A stretch of 63,925 nucleotides of DNA, filler included, from Klebsormidium nitens (Eukaryota > Plantae > Klebsormidiophyceae): assembly GCA_000708835.1 (NCBI GenBank). It is 5 parts of 5 records of this genome, joined end to end, with 100 filler letters (N's around TTAATTAATTAA, not from the genome) between each part and the next. Parts side by side here need not be neighbours in the genome. Positions count along the whole stretch, not along the records: positions 14,707 to 27,534 come from DF238115.1; 4 more parts are not named here. One strand, 5' to 3'. The position numbers were made by a program, and so were the translations under genes. This document shows positions 14,707 to 27,634 of the stretch, piece by piece. The notes below the pieces were generated by a model. That model was not told where the DNA came from. It did not search any database and was given only the letters and a program-made list of their open reading frames with translations. The stretch's first letter is position 1. Every line of letters starts with the position of its first letter.

Positions 14707-16000
14707 AACCGGAACGCCATCTAGACTCAGGAAGTCACCATCAATCTCGCACGTCGCATCCTCTGTAATGAGCTCCTCCTCCAAGGGGTCAACATATAAA
14801 CTAAACAACAGCGGGCTAAGAGGGCAACCCTGCTTGACTCCCCAAGTACTCTCGAAGGAATCTGTTAACCCCTCAGGCGTGCGCACCCAACAACGAACAT
14901 CTCGATACATCGCACGAAGAGCGCCAAGAAGCTCTCCATGAATCCCGATCTCCTCCATCCTCCGCCAGAGCAAGTCCCTCGGAATGGTGTCAAACGCCTT
15001 GGAGAAATTCACGAAAGCAGCAAAAGCATGCTTACCGGCGTGGGCCCTATCAATAAGGGCCCGCAACGTGAAGACGTGATCTGCGACCCGATGGTCGTGT
15101 CGAAAGCCGGCTTGCCCTCTCGCTCTCAGCCCCCGTTTCTCCGCCCAAGGCCACCCCAAAATTGGCCCGATTGTTATCGTTCGATAATTTGCACAATCAT
15201 TCAAGTCTCCCTTCTAAAATACTNNNNNNNNNNNNNNNNNNNNNNNNNNNNNNNNNNNNNNNNNNNNNNNNNNNNNNNNNNNNNNNNNNNNNNNNNNNNN
15301 NNNNNNNNNNNNNNNNNNNNNNNNNNNNNNNNNNNNNNNNNNNNNNNNNNNNNNNNNNNNNNNNNNNNNNNNNNNNNNNNNNNNNNNNNNNNNNNNNNNN
15401 NNNNNNNNNNNNNNNNNNNNNNNNNNNNNNNNNNNNNNNNNNNNNNNNNNNNNNNNNNNNNNNNNNNNNNNNNNNNNNNNNNNNNNNNNNNNNNNNNNNN
15501 NNNNNNNNNNNNNNNNNNNNNNNNNNNNNNNNNNNNNNNNNNNNNNNNNNNNNNNNNNNNNNNNNNNNNNNNNNNNNNNNNNNNNNNNNNNNNNNNNNNN
15601 NNNNNNNNNNNNNNNNNNNNNNNNNNNNNNNNNNNNNNNNNNNNNNNNNNNNNNNNNNNNNNNNNNNNNNNNNNNNNNNNNNNNNNNNNNNNNNNNNNNN
15701 NNNNNNNNNNNNNNNNNNNNNNNNNNNNNNNNNNNNNNNNNNNNNNNNNNNNNNNNNNNNNNNNNNNNNNNNNNNNNNNNNNNNNNNNNNNNNNNNNNNN
15801 NNNNNNNNNNNNNNNNNNNNNNNNNGGCACTAACAACCCTTCATTCCATTCACTAGGAAACTCTCCGCTCTTCCATATTTTATTAAACAGTTGCGATATT
15901 GGGCGCGTCAATTCCCTAACTCCGGCTTGCAACAATTCTGCAGTAAACCCTTCCGAATCTGCCGCTTTATTCCTTTTCATCGCCTCAATTACTCACTCTT
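14707..16000 (-). mobile_element. 5'-truncated, degraded non-LTR retrotransposon (LINE) reverse transcriptase fragment
   Basis: KAADSEGFTAELL...WKSGEFPSEWNEGLLV (gap) NYRTITIG...QAGFR...AFVNFSKAFDTIPRDLLW...GVKQGCPLSPLLFSLYVD. A segment is missing after GPILG, and the element is interrupted by N runs. Confidence 0.9.
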
Positions 16001-17492
16001 AGCCACCCCCCCAGGGCTAAGATTCATGAGTAAGGCCTCTAACGGGTACCCCCTATAAAAGAATGGGGGGGTACCAGCTACAAAATGACGGTACCCTTAC
16101 GAGGAAGGGCATGATGAGGGGAGTTGCTTGCAAGCAATTCTGAGCTTCAAGAAGTTCAGCTGCAAGATATAGGAAAGAAGGTTTGGGAAGGGTTAGGATA
16201 GGTTTAGACTCTCGTCGCTACGGCTACTTAACCAAGAAAATGTTTGCTTAGAAGAATCAGCACGGATGCACTGTGGTTCGGGTTTGAGTGAGTAGCCGCA
16301 TTCTACGTCACGAAAACCCTAGGTTATACCGACTCAAGACTGCAAAGCTAATAACCTAAGAGGTGTGTCAGATTGAGCACCTGGCGGGTTATCCTATAGC
16401 AGAATCTGCAATCTCAGAATCTGCATGAAGCCTGCATCAGTGCATGCTCGATTGAGGAGCTTGCTGCTGGCTTTTTATTTTAAACAGATAGAGGACGTCC
16501 AAGCACGAGAAGCAAGGAGGAGAATCAAAAAAGCAGGCAGCTGCAGCAGATTCAGCACAAGTTTGGGCACAAGCCAGGAGAGTCTGGAGAGTGAAACTTT
16601 CAAAGGAGTCTGCCTCTTCTTGTCGTGGTCGCCTCTTTTAAAGCAGAATGGGATGAGCAGCAATGTCTTGCAGGATATCTTCTGTTGCTCCTGTGTATAT
16701 CAACTGCTACGTACGTCGTTTTCCCGCCTGCCTGACTGTGCAGCATACGGCATGATTGTCATTCTTGGCAGCACGAAGGCATGCTAGAAGACTCAATTAT
16801 GCAGGTGTTTGCAAAAAAGTTCAGTAATTACCACCGAGCAACTTGGACGCTTTCAGAGAGCTATTATGTGCTGAAGAGCTGTTACAAGGTGAGCCAGCTT
16901 GATCTGCTTCAATTGTGCTCTACAGCCTTTGTAGAGTGCGAGTAACATGCTCAATTGGCCAGGCCCGAAGAGCAGCAAGTAGGGTGACAGTTTCAGAGGA
17001 CTGCAAAACCAGCTGCCCTTCTCCCAAAAGCAGAAAGGAGCTGCCCTCCTATACCCTTCAGGTTATCTGGGGGCCCAGAAGATAAGTAAATTTTTAGTCT
17101 GTTCGCACAGCTTTTCTTGCTTGCTCTGCATACCACCATCTGTAAATTACTTTCAAGTACGAAGGGCCTTTCCAATATACTCATGTCATCACAACGAAAC
17201 GGGACGCTATGACGGCGCAGTGATAGACTCATCAGGTAATGCCGATCCAAATTCAGAGCGGGGGTTTTAATACGTCGCAGTGTAGTCCATTACAACATTG
17301 AAGCTAGATGACCATGTGCTATGTAGAGCTTCTTCTGGATCGCTCCTTACTTTCCAAGTTCTTTGGACCTCCTTCGAGTTTTGTATACATGTCTAAACCG
17401 GTGTCTTAAGACAGCAAGATAACCAAAGGCAAGGAAACTGTTCCTCTTTTTTCTCAGGCAACTTGACTTCCCCACCTTTTGGTCACACCACC

Positions 17493-20400
17493 ATGTCTAT
17501 CAGTGCGGACCGTGGGGGTGCGGTGATGGCTTCGGACGGCGGCCCTTTCCGGACCCCAACTCTAGAGGTACACCCGATAGAGTCAATAGCGACCGGGTTT
17601 CCAATCATCGATGGCGAGGATCAGGAGGAGACAGAAGATAGAGACGAGAAGCCGGGATGCTTGACTCCGTTGTGGTGAGCGAATGTTGGAGCGCAGAGTG
17701 AGAGCGAAGTGCTGGCTAAGATTTCCATTGATTGATCTCGCTGCTGGTTGAATCTCCCCTTGTCATCCACCTCCGCAGTCCCAAAACACCTGTTTCATCA
17801 CTTATCTTTAAGGGCAAGCTGCTTACCTTAGTATGCGGCCTGTCCAACTCGCTATTCGGGAGCCTTTTTGTCCATCTTACCTCCATGTTTCACACCCTAG
17901 CTCACGCCTTTTTGAGCGCAGGATGCTGGCTATCTTCTGCGTGATCAATCTCATCAACTACGTCGACCGGGGTGCGATTGCAAGCAACGGTGTGAACGGA
18001 CGGCAGGGAAACCACACGTGTCTTCCAGCAGAAGAGTGTTACAGGGGCTATGGCATCCAGTAAGCATACATTGAGACCACTGCGCTATCGATGTCAGGTT
18101 GGTCACATCGTGCAGACAGGCCTCTTTGCTTCGTCTCTTGCTTTTCAAAGTGCTCAAATGTCAAAGGCCTCAAATGGGATGCCGCAGTGGTTGCACGGTT
18201 CTCGCTAACAGAGTTGACAGGCATCTTGCGAGTTTGAGAAACTCATTCATCAACGAAACCCACATTTAAGGCAGAAAATTTCGCTCATGGAGGAGAACAG
18301 GGGAGAGGAGGTCTTCCCATAGATTCAGTGGCTGGGGATCGGGCCCCACGTCTTTTCCTTTGTACGGTTGAGCAACCGCTTCAGCAGGTTACTCGAGATC
18401 GACTGCGTTCGAAATGACTGAGACTGTTCAAGTGAAGAGGTCAACGAAATTCATTGCAGCATTCATCATCAGGTTCTTAACCCGGAAGATATGGTTTCCA
18501 GGGGCGACTTCCACCTGTCCAACTTCCAGGACGGGGTCCTTCCCGCTGCCTTCATGGTCGGCCTCCTCGTTGCGTCGCCCATCTTTGCTCAGCTTTCTAA
18601 GACGTAAGCATTATGTAGTGCAAGCTCTCTTATTACCTGCCCGTTTCGTTCACCTCCCTTGCTCTGTCTCACTTGCATTCGCCTCTCTGATTTCGGACGG
18701 GCAATCGCTCTACCACCTTCTTCAGACGTAAGTTTTGGTTGTGATGATTGTTGATTCGCACCCTTTGATCGGGTTATCCACCTCTCGTTGTTCTCAGCAT
18801 TTTGTCGCCCCCCATCACCTCAAATCGGGTCCTCTAAATTTTGATATGGGAAATTGTCCACTTTCTTTCTAATCGTCTGTGTATATCTCGACCCTCTGCC
18901 CAGGTTGGCGGTCGTAAGCTCCCTGTCTCGTACATTTGCTGTGGTTTGTTATTTCCTTTGTCGCTCACCAACATTTGCAGTACTAAGTTTTCTCAGCGCG
19001 CAGTTTCTTGAAGTTTCTGAGAGAAGCCTGCATTCTTCCGTTTATTCAACATATCCTGCCTTAACATTTCCAGTCTGTGCACCAGCTTTCTAGGATGCAC
19101 CGTCACTCCTTTTGTGGTCGTTGCCTGTATCTCCCCTGTTATCTCCACGCTTGCCTCACAACAACGCTTCTGACTCCGCCTGCATCTACTTCTGCAATAC
19201 TGCGCCTGCATCTACTCGACCCCGAGCCTTCTCCGGACTTCCTTGAACCTCTTGCCTGCAGCTCTCACCAAGCCGCTTCCCTTCACCTTTGAAGATTGCT
19301 TGTTATCCTTGGATCACACCGCCAGTTTGTCGTGAACGATCAGATCGTGCCAATTGCCCCCCTACGGTCATTTCTTCAAGTCGCCGAGCAAAGATGTTTA
19401 CCTTTCCTGCAGGTACAACCAATTTCACTTGATCGGTTGGGGCCTAACGGTGTGGACGATAGCGGTGGGGGCATGCGGGTTTACGGTCGGGTTTTGGTCG
19501 CTGACCTTTTGCCGGATGTTCGTTGGGGTTGGGGAGGCGTCGTTCGTCAGCCTTGCAGCGCCGTTCATCGACGACAACGCCCCCGCCGCACAGGTCAGGG
19601 CTGACGTCGACTTTCAGGATTATAATTGATTGTTATGTTCATGGCCTAGTTTTGATTGTTAACCTTTTGCTGGATGCTCGGTGGGATCTGGAAGCGTTCT
19701 TGGTCAGTGTTGACGTGCTATGCATCGAATGACAACGCCCAGGTTTTAGCTGTCTTCACTGCCTGTTCTTTGTGCTAGCGGTAGCCTGATAGCATCTACG
19801 AAAGTCAGACGAATTCAGGGCTATAGTGGCACATGTTTGACGAGATTCTTGTCTCCTCTCCGCTTATCATCTTCGAATGTTTCAAAAGTGACGTCATCAT
19901 TTGACGTTGTGACGTGCAGAAGTTCAGCTCGCTGGCGATTCTGCTAGCCATCCGCTTTAGCATAGGTCTGCAGCACCCTTTTGTTCGACTTATTTGTCTC
20001 GCCTTAGCTTTCCCCTTTCGCCCTCTCACTGCTCAGGCAAATCACACCTATAATCATACTACATTCTCGCCATTGATTCTCGCCAACGCTTAGTCCAGAG
20101 GCTGGCAAATTTTATCCAAACGTTTCTCCCGAGCGTGGGCTACCAAAGCAGCTTTCCACCTATCCGTGTCCGCGTATCTTCCGTGATCCGCTCTCCTCTG
20201 TCCTTAAACAATTCAAAACCAACGAGAAATCATCGAATTCGTAGTTCCACGACAACTAAAACACGCGATTCTCGTATTGCAGAAGTCCAGCTGGCTGGCG
20301 TGCTTCTACTCGTGCATTCCCGTCGGCGTGGCCCTTGGCTACGTGTTTGGCCAGGAGATCGGCGCCCACTTCTCGTGGCGGGCCGCTTTTTGGCTCGAGG

Positions 20401-23400
20401 CGCTGCTCATGCTGCCCTTCTGCGTCTTTGCCTTTACCGCCCAGGCGCCGGCGTTGCGAGGTGAAGCCCATTCCGTTCCCCCTCTCTTGTTGTTGGGATC
20501 CTGTCACGCCTTTAAACAGTGTCACGTTCACGCTGCCCTTCTGCTTCATTGTGTTCACCATCTAAACGCCCATGTTGCGAGGTGAAGCCCTTCGTTCTCG
20601 TTGTAATCTCTTGTTGGTCAGTTTATCAATTCTGGTATTAAGAAGATGTGAAAAGCACTTTGCTCGTAAAAGCAAGCCGTCTTTCCATTTTGCCTTCGGA
20701 TCCTTACGAAATGCTATCGAAAGACCGCTTTCTAACGTGTGCCAATGACGCGTCGCCAAAGACATTTTTTCCCGTCCTCTTCAGTTTTTACATATTTACC
20801 ATGTTTCCTTACATCTTTGCTTGGCAATTTCTTTAAGAGCCCCCCTCGGATCCGAAGGCAGATACCAGCTCCCCTTAAGAGCCCAAGGAACCGAACTAGA
20901 GGCGCCTCTTCGGTTGGTCCGCTCTCTTGGCCTTCTTACCGACCACTCTGGTGTTGTTCGTAATAACCCTACGCGTCTACAAAAGAACTGGTCGGTTGGT
21001 CACCCACTAGATCAGCTTTCCTGATGGGACCAGGACTCTGTCCTGGAAGATAGATTGTGACCCCTTTCCGAAAACGACTTATTCCTGACGCAGGTTTTCA
21101 TGCGCCTGGGAAACGAAAACCGGTCAGGAGCGAAGGCTCCACGGAGCGACCGGAGGAGAGCCGTTCGAAGTGGCGGGCACACGCGGGGGTGGTTTGGGAG
21201 GATACGAAGGAGTTGGTGGCGAATCCTGTTTACCGAGCGAACATTATGGGTGCGTTGCCTTTCCTTTGGCTTTCCGTTTTGCTGGGTTGCAAAGGTGCTG
21301 AGTTGCTCCTCGAACCGCTGATAGTGTCTGCACGCGGATCGGTTACTTTCCGTCTGCTCACCAAGCGCACAAAATGGGCTTCTCAAAACCTTCTCAAGGT
21401 TCACGAGCTATGCCTCGCAACGTCTGGCCCTGCTTGTAGTTCAAGGAAAGTCACTTTCGCCATATTCAAGTCGCATGCCGGAGTGAAGAAGGCGATAGAA
21501 CAAAGATCATGAGCAGCGCAGCTGCCATCATCCCCAGAGCCCCTGTCTCGATTGAACACCAGCTCCGATGGTCCTGGAATTGCGCCCCGCTTTTCAGATT
21601 GTTTCGTCCCAGATCGCAGCATACGAAAATGCATGATGCGTCAGCACAAATCGTCAGCGGTCACAAACGCTCCAGTGTCTGAATCCGGAAGTATTCCAAA
21701 TCTCAAAGCGAAATGGTTTATCGCAATTACGGACGCAAGTTCTTAACCTGAAAAGGCGTCCTAGTTCTGCGTACAGGTTACATTGCCAACTGCGCAGTGG
21801 TTGGGTGCCTCGCGTTTTGGGCGCCCAAGGCAGGAGCTCAGGCGTTCAATATGGAAAACGCGGATCTCGTTTTCGGGGGGGTGACAGTAGCGACTGGCCT
21901 CCTTGGGACGTTCGTGGGGGGGCTTGCGCTCGATTTCGTCGGCTCAACGATGACAAACGCATTTCTGGTGAGCGATTCCAGGCTTTGTTTTATGAGATGC
22001 CGAAGGAATGTATGGAGGTTGGAGGTTGATTGTTCAAAGCGAAGCTGTCGAAGTTGGAGGTCGAAAAGCGATGGCTTCGAGGTTTGATCATCTGAGAGCC
22101 TATTCCTCATCTTACTACCGCACTACTTTCAATCGCGGTAGAAGTAAACATCAATCATAAGCAGAAAGCCTGCTGGTTCGGGGCGGGGAGGGAGGGGGTT
22201 CAAGCAAAGGGCGATAACGAACGACACGTGCGCGTTTTACTGATAGGACTTGCGTCCGGTCGCAAACAACGAAACGTCTCGTACATTTCAATCCTGCGTC
22301 GAAGGTGCCAAAACACAGAAACAAAACGGGTGCATTTCTCAACGTTGCTAGCATCTCCTTGCAGCTCAACGCCTCCTCGACGGCGCTCGCTGCGGTGTTC
22401 CTCATCGGCTCGTTTTGGACCGGGACCGTCCAGCGCTTCGTGCCCATGCTGGCGGTGGGGGAGTTCTTCCTGTTCATCATGCAGGTAAAACAACCCCCCC
22501 GAAACTTTACGCCCGGACCTATTCTTTGTTCGAAGCTTCGAGCCCCAGGGTAGCTTCTGCCGCGCAATTGTTCGAGGTGAGCGGATTTGCCATGCAGGTA
22601 AAACATCCCCTTCCGAAATGGTTTTGGCCCCTCGTAGAAAAGGTCTAAGCACTGTAATTGACTGGCTGGGTTGTCGAAGCCGTTGCCAGACGGGGAAACA
22701 TATCTTCCGGTATGAAGCAATATCAAGCCCCGAATCGCCGGCAGCGCCTGTCTCTAAATCACGTCGCTTCCTTCTCAATGCTTCGGCTCCAGAATGGCCT
22801 TCTGTAGGCACCCCACCTGGCAGATCGATGCGACTAACTCGAAAGTCGGTGGCGCGTTCTGCTCTTTTCTCTAGGTTCCCGTGAAAGCCATAACGCTGTG
22901 GTCCGATTTCCCCAAAAGCGTCCTTTACGAACACTGTTCAGTTTCTCTCACACCTCCGACTTCCTTCAGCGCCGCTTCAGTTTTGGATCTAAAGATGATG
23001 CGCGTCTTGCTTTCTCCCCCATAGGGCCCCGTGAACGCCATCTCGCTTTAGTCCGTTTACCTTAGAAGCGTCCCTTACGGAAAGTGTTCAATGGCTCGCA
23101 TCTCCGGTCCCCCTGAGCGCCGTTTCTACTTAAATCTCGAAAGCTGAGGCGTGTCTAACTTTCCCCTTCATAGGGCCCTGTCAACGCCAATCACGGTGTG
23201 GTCCGTTGAACCTAAACCTGTCCAGTGTATCACACCTTCGATTTATTTCAGCGCCGCTTCCTTTGATCCGNNNNNNNNNNNNNNNNNNNNNNNNNNNNNN
23301 NNNNNNNNNNNNNNNNNNNNNNNNNNNNNNNNNNNNNNNNNNNNNNNNNNNNNNNNNNNNNNNNNNNNNNNNNNNNNNNNNNNNNNNNNNNNNNNNNNNN

Positions 23401-24442
23401 NNNNNNNNNNNNNNNNNNNNNNNNNNNNNNNNNNNNNNNNNNNNNNNNNNNNNNNNNNNNNNNNNNNNNNNNNNNNNNNNNNNNNNNNNNNNNNNNNNNN
23501 NNNNNNNNNNNNNNNNNNNNNNNNNNNNNNNNNNNNNNNNNNNNNNNNNNNNNNNNNNNNNNNNNNNNNNNNNNNNNNNNNNNNNNNNNNNNNNNNNNNN
23601 NNNNNNNNNNNNNNNNNNNNNNNNNNNNNNNNNNNNNNNNNNNNNNNNNNNNNNNNNNNNNNNNNNNNNNNNNNNNNNNNNNNNNNNNTCCTTTGATCCG
23701 ACGGCTGAGGCGTGTCTCGCTTTCTCCACCATAGGGCCCGTGAACGCCAATTTCGCTGTGGTTCGTTTCCCCCAAAAGCGTCCCTCACGAAACCGGTTCA
23801 ATGTCTCGCATCTCCGATCCCTTCAGCCGCGCTCTTGCTCTGATCCAAAAGCTGATGCGTGTCTCGCTTTTTCCCCCATAGGGCCCCGTGAATGCCATCA
23901 CGCTGTGGTCCGTTCCCCCAACCCAACGCCCGTTTGCGTGCGCCATGGGCACTGTGGCCATCCATCTTTTTGGAGACGTCCCGTCGCCCCCCCTGCTTGG
24001 CCGGCTGCAGGATTGGCTGCACGATTGGCGGCTGAGCGTGACGATACTCAACACGTTGCTGCTGGCGGGCGCCGCCTTCTGGGTGCACGGTCAGTGTTGG
24101 CGTACCGTTTGGCTTCCTATTTTTGGTAGTAGAAGTGGTAGACTTGAAGCCGGCGTATTGGACCGCCCTCGTAGGCGCACACGGTTTTCGCTGCGACGTT
24201 ATTGGTCTCCTTGGGATTCTTGTAGCGAACCCCTGGAAAGGCCACAAGAATGTCTTTGTTGCATCGATGCTTTTGCAAGCTTGCAGCGCTGAGCTTTCAG
24301 GCTATACTTGCACCCTTTTGCAGGCTCATATGTAGCACGAACGGCAAAAGATTACCGGGCGACATACTCGAGAGACAGTTCTGCATTGCTCCTCGACGAC
24401 GAGCGTGATGTTCTAGAAGATCAAGTACAAGGAGTGACGTAG
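17493..24442 (+). CDS. Spinster-like MFS transporter (plant sphingolipid-transporter spinster homolog), multi-exon; terminal exons approximate
   Basis: Exons: RMLAIFCVINLINYVDRGAIASNGVNG; GDFHLSNFQDGVLPAAFMVGLLVASPIFAQLSK; LIGWGLTVWTIAVGACG...CRMFVGVGEASFVSLAAPFIDDNAPAAQ; KSSWLACFYSCIPVGVALGYVFG...WRAAFWLEALLMLPF; LAFWAPKAG...FGGVTVATGLLGTFVGG; PSPPLLGRLQDWLHDWR; putative last exon ending TAG at 24442. Confidence 0.88.
22850..23910. repeat. Intronic tandem repeat (roughly 130-150 bp unit) in the Spinster gene, partly collapsed into an N gap
   Basis: Recurring gcgtgtctcgcttt..cccccatagggccc(c)gtgaacgcca...gtggtccgtt...aaaagcgtccc units on both sides of the 23271-23688 gap. Confidence 0.8.
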
Positions 24443-25099
24443 GTTGCTTCACCGTTGAATCTTTGGGTTGATAAACAAGTGTTCCGGATCTTGGAAGCAT
24501 CTGCTGCTAGAGGAAGGAGCTTGAGAAGACTTGTATATTAGCCCAATTTTCATATTGCATGTCTTGGAATTCGGATAGTAGCCAGGCAGTAGCCGAGGGT
24601 CATTTCTTTGCCAAATGAAAACTGCTTTTAGTGCTGGGCATACACCTGCATCAAATGACATTGATTGGTATGCATAATGTTGTGGCTTTTGTGCCTCTTT
24701 GCTTCGACCACGCTTCGACAGCAATGGCATTATGTTGCATGATGTCCCTGCATGCTAAAGCAGCACGTGCATCTTGTGCAAAACGTGTAGCCAATACAAG
24801 TTATACCCATGTATGCTGGTGTGTCCCACTCACTGTCATACTTCACAAACCATTTTAATAGAAGGCTTGCATGCAGCCTGCCAGCCTTGCAGGTTTTTGC
24901 CCACCCCGGAGGTTCGCCGTCGCAGCTTCATCCTCTATATGTATTCAGGCCCGCATACAATTCCTTCACAAGAGGTACTTCTACAGGTGCATAGTACGTG
25001 GTAACTCACAAAGGCCTCTAGTAGCTAGGTACTGACAATACCGTAAACGGGGTCACGTGGTTGGAACCTGCCAGGCTACTCAGGATTCAGGAAGCTAGA

Positions 25100-25320
25100 G
25101 AATTCGAATCGCTTCCGGCCGCTCGGGGGCCGACGGCGAAAGGTGCCCGGCAGCCGGGCTTATCACTATCCCGACTATCACATATGGCGCTGGGAAGGGC
25201 GAAAATTCAGGGGGTCGGGCCGGCCATCGCCGGAGGCGATGGGGGGTCGGGCCCTGCGGGCCCGACCCCTTTTGATCCTCAGGGTGAAATAGTTGCGGCG
25301 TAGCCGCAACCCCTGTCACA
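25100..25320. mobile_element. Cluster of GC-rich perfect hairpins, probable DNA-transposon terminal region
   Basis: Hairpins gcccgg-cag-ccgggc (25145-25159), ccatcgcc-gga-ggcgatgg (25224-25242), ggggtcgggccc-tgc-gggcccgacccc (25243-25269) and gttgcggc-gta-gccgcaac (25292-25310). Bases 25305-25318 are a 13/14 inverted match to 27637-27650. Confidence 0.5.
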
Positions 25321-26215
25321 CTATTTTTTGCATCTTAAGTTTCCGAAGAGGAATCACTGGAGCCTTGTGTCGAATTTCGATAACATGTACGGGTAATTTT
25401 GCCAACAGTTCGGGCCGACCGTGATCGAAATCGAACAAGCAACTCTGATTATTGGACATGAGCTATTAATAGTGTGTCAGTCTTTCAAGTACAACTACCA
25501 TCTGAGAAGCGCGCGGCCGCGCGGCAGCCTGGCCCGGGCCCGGCGCGCGGCCGGGCGGGCCCGCGGGGCCGCGCGAGGTTCCGCGATCGAGCGGACAATN
25601 NNNNNNNNNNNNNNNNNNNCGGGTCTAGCGTCGTAAGACTGTAATTGTACGATTCGCATGTGCTCATATGGCATATATTATATTGATCACACTTGTAGAC
25701 AAACATCGTACTAGCAACATGAAATATCGACATGACAAGCAACAACTCAATTTAGTATCTTGGTGGCACGAAGCTTCGAAATGTGTAGATATGCAAACAC
25801 AAGAGTACTCACCCAATTATCCTTCATGATGTGTCTAAAATCTCTAACGCTACGAGCCTTCGATCGGCTACATGCATTGATGTTCGTGGCATGCAATCAG
25901 AATTCTTTGTTGTACAAAGGCTTCTCTGATGTACGATGCGGACATTAGCATACCAAAGCACAACGCCTTGAGCGATGTCCATCTGTCCGAAGGGAAACCA
26001 GATTGAAACATCGACGGTCCAAACAATGAGCATACCATAGTCTAGCAATCTAGATGTTCTGTAACTAGCTAGCCGAATGGCCCCTTATTGCGGATCAACT
26101 TTGAGTCGGCTGAGCTTTCATTATGGACTTGCCCTCTGTTACTATGTATCGTACAAACCACCAAGACTTGAGCGAAACTGATTGAAGAGAGGAAAACCGA
26201 ATTTGAGTGCCGACA

Positions 26216-27534
26216 CTAGTTTCTCTTTCGCTTCTTTTTGTTCTTCAAACTAAACGGACAGTCATGCTCCGCCTTCATGATGCCTAGTCTTCCTTCGGGA
26301 TCGCACTTACTGCAGATCTTGGCCACACCCTTTCCACCTTGATTGCCAGCCTTCTCTCGAGGAGACAGCATCGCTTCAGGTCGATAGACGAGCGCACTAG
26401 TGAACATGGCCCCGTTTGGACCCCATGCAGCAGCTTGGGCCGCGCTTCGCTGTTCGGAAGACCGCGCCATCCTTGCAACAGCGGTGTCAAACCGACCCTG
26501 CTCGCTGCTTGGCGCCTGAACAGGAAACACGGAGGAGGACGGTGCGTTCACCCTTTCTGGCTGTGCGTTTGCAGTTCCTGGATCGACTTGCGGATTGGAT
26601 CCTGCTGGAGGCGAAGGCAATCTGATTGGACTTGCTCCTGCGCTTAGGAAGCTCACAGCTGCGCTTGCGTTGTCCGCTTCACGTGAGAGCAAGCAGCGTA
26701 CTAGCTGGCGTTCATAGCGCGTAATGTCTCGGTAGTCCTTGAAGTACAAATCGCTCTCTATCGCTTGTTGATGACCTTCTTGCGAGAGTCTCCAAATTTG
26801 TCTAGCAGCGGAGGAGTTGAACTCCATCAGAAGGGCTCTATAATTTGTGCCGCTCCTAGTTGCGTGCTTGAAATAAAGCTCTAGAAACAGATTGTGCTCG
26901 CTTTCAGTTGTCACTGGTCGCTTAAAATGGACGAGATTGAAGTTATGGAGCGCATGGAGGGACCTCAGTCGCTGTCTTCGGCTTGAAGCTCCCGCAAGAC
27001 CTCTGAGAGAAGAGTTCTTTGACAAGGAGATCAGATTGTTGTTACCACACAACTCGTTTCCCACCTGATGTGCCCCTTTCTCAGCAGCGTGGACGGCCTC
27101 GCCGCTTTGGAGATTAACGCTCGTCGCGCCCCGAGCCGCTTTCACTTGCGGCTGCCACCCCACCCGGCCTGTTTGAAGATGCGGCCCTTGCGCAGCGACG
27201 CCGGCGGAATCGCCATGTCCCAAATGGACGTCGCCCCCCGCCGCGACCACTCGCAGCTGCCCCCCCACCCAGACTGGTTGCGGTTGCCGCCCTTGCGCGG
27301 CGATGTGTGCGGGAGCACCGGCCTGCGCATAAACTTCGGATGCGCCCTCCGCCGTGACCACTCGCTGCTGACCCCCCATCGAGACTGGTTGCGGTTGCCG
27401 CCCCTGCGCAGCGCCGTGCGCAGGACCGTTTCTCTGCGCAGGACCGCCGGTTGCACCCCCAGCCGCGACCACTCGCGGCTGCCCCCCAATCGGGACTGGT
27501 TGCGGTTGCCGCCCCTGCGCAGCGACGTGCGCAG
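26216..27534 (-). CDS. C-terminal part of a probable transposon-associated protein (5' end lost in gap): 37-aa repeats, helical domain, terminal CxxC-H-C knuckle and basic NLS
   Basis: The frame is open from the gap at 27534 to the stop at 26216. It has 111-bp coding repeats (AAQGRQPQPVxxGGQxRVVxAxG), then ESEHNLFLELYFKHATRSGTNYRALLMEFNSSA...LYFKDYRDITRYERQL, then CSKCDPEGRLGIMKAEHDCPFSLKNKKKRKRN. Confidence 0.55.
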
Positions 27535-27634
27535 NNNNNNNNNNNNNNNNNNNNNNNNNNNNNNNNNNNNNNNNNNNNTTAATTAATTAANNNNNNNNNN
27601 NNNNNNNNNNNNNNNNNNNNNNNNNNNNNNNNNN
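27535..27634. other. Assembly spacer N44-TTAATTAATTAA-N44
   Basis: Linker at 27579-27590. Confidence 0.95.

Noticed and set aside
14938-16002. Long ORFs running through N runs (also 23151-24129, 46987-47776)
   Set aside because: Their length comes from translating Ns; only the LINE-like flanks carry information.
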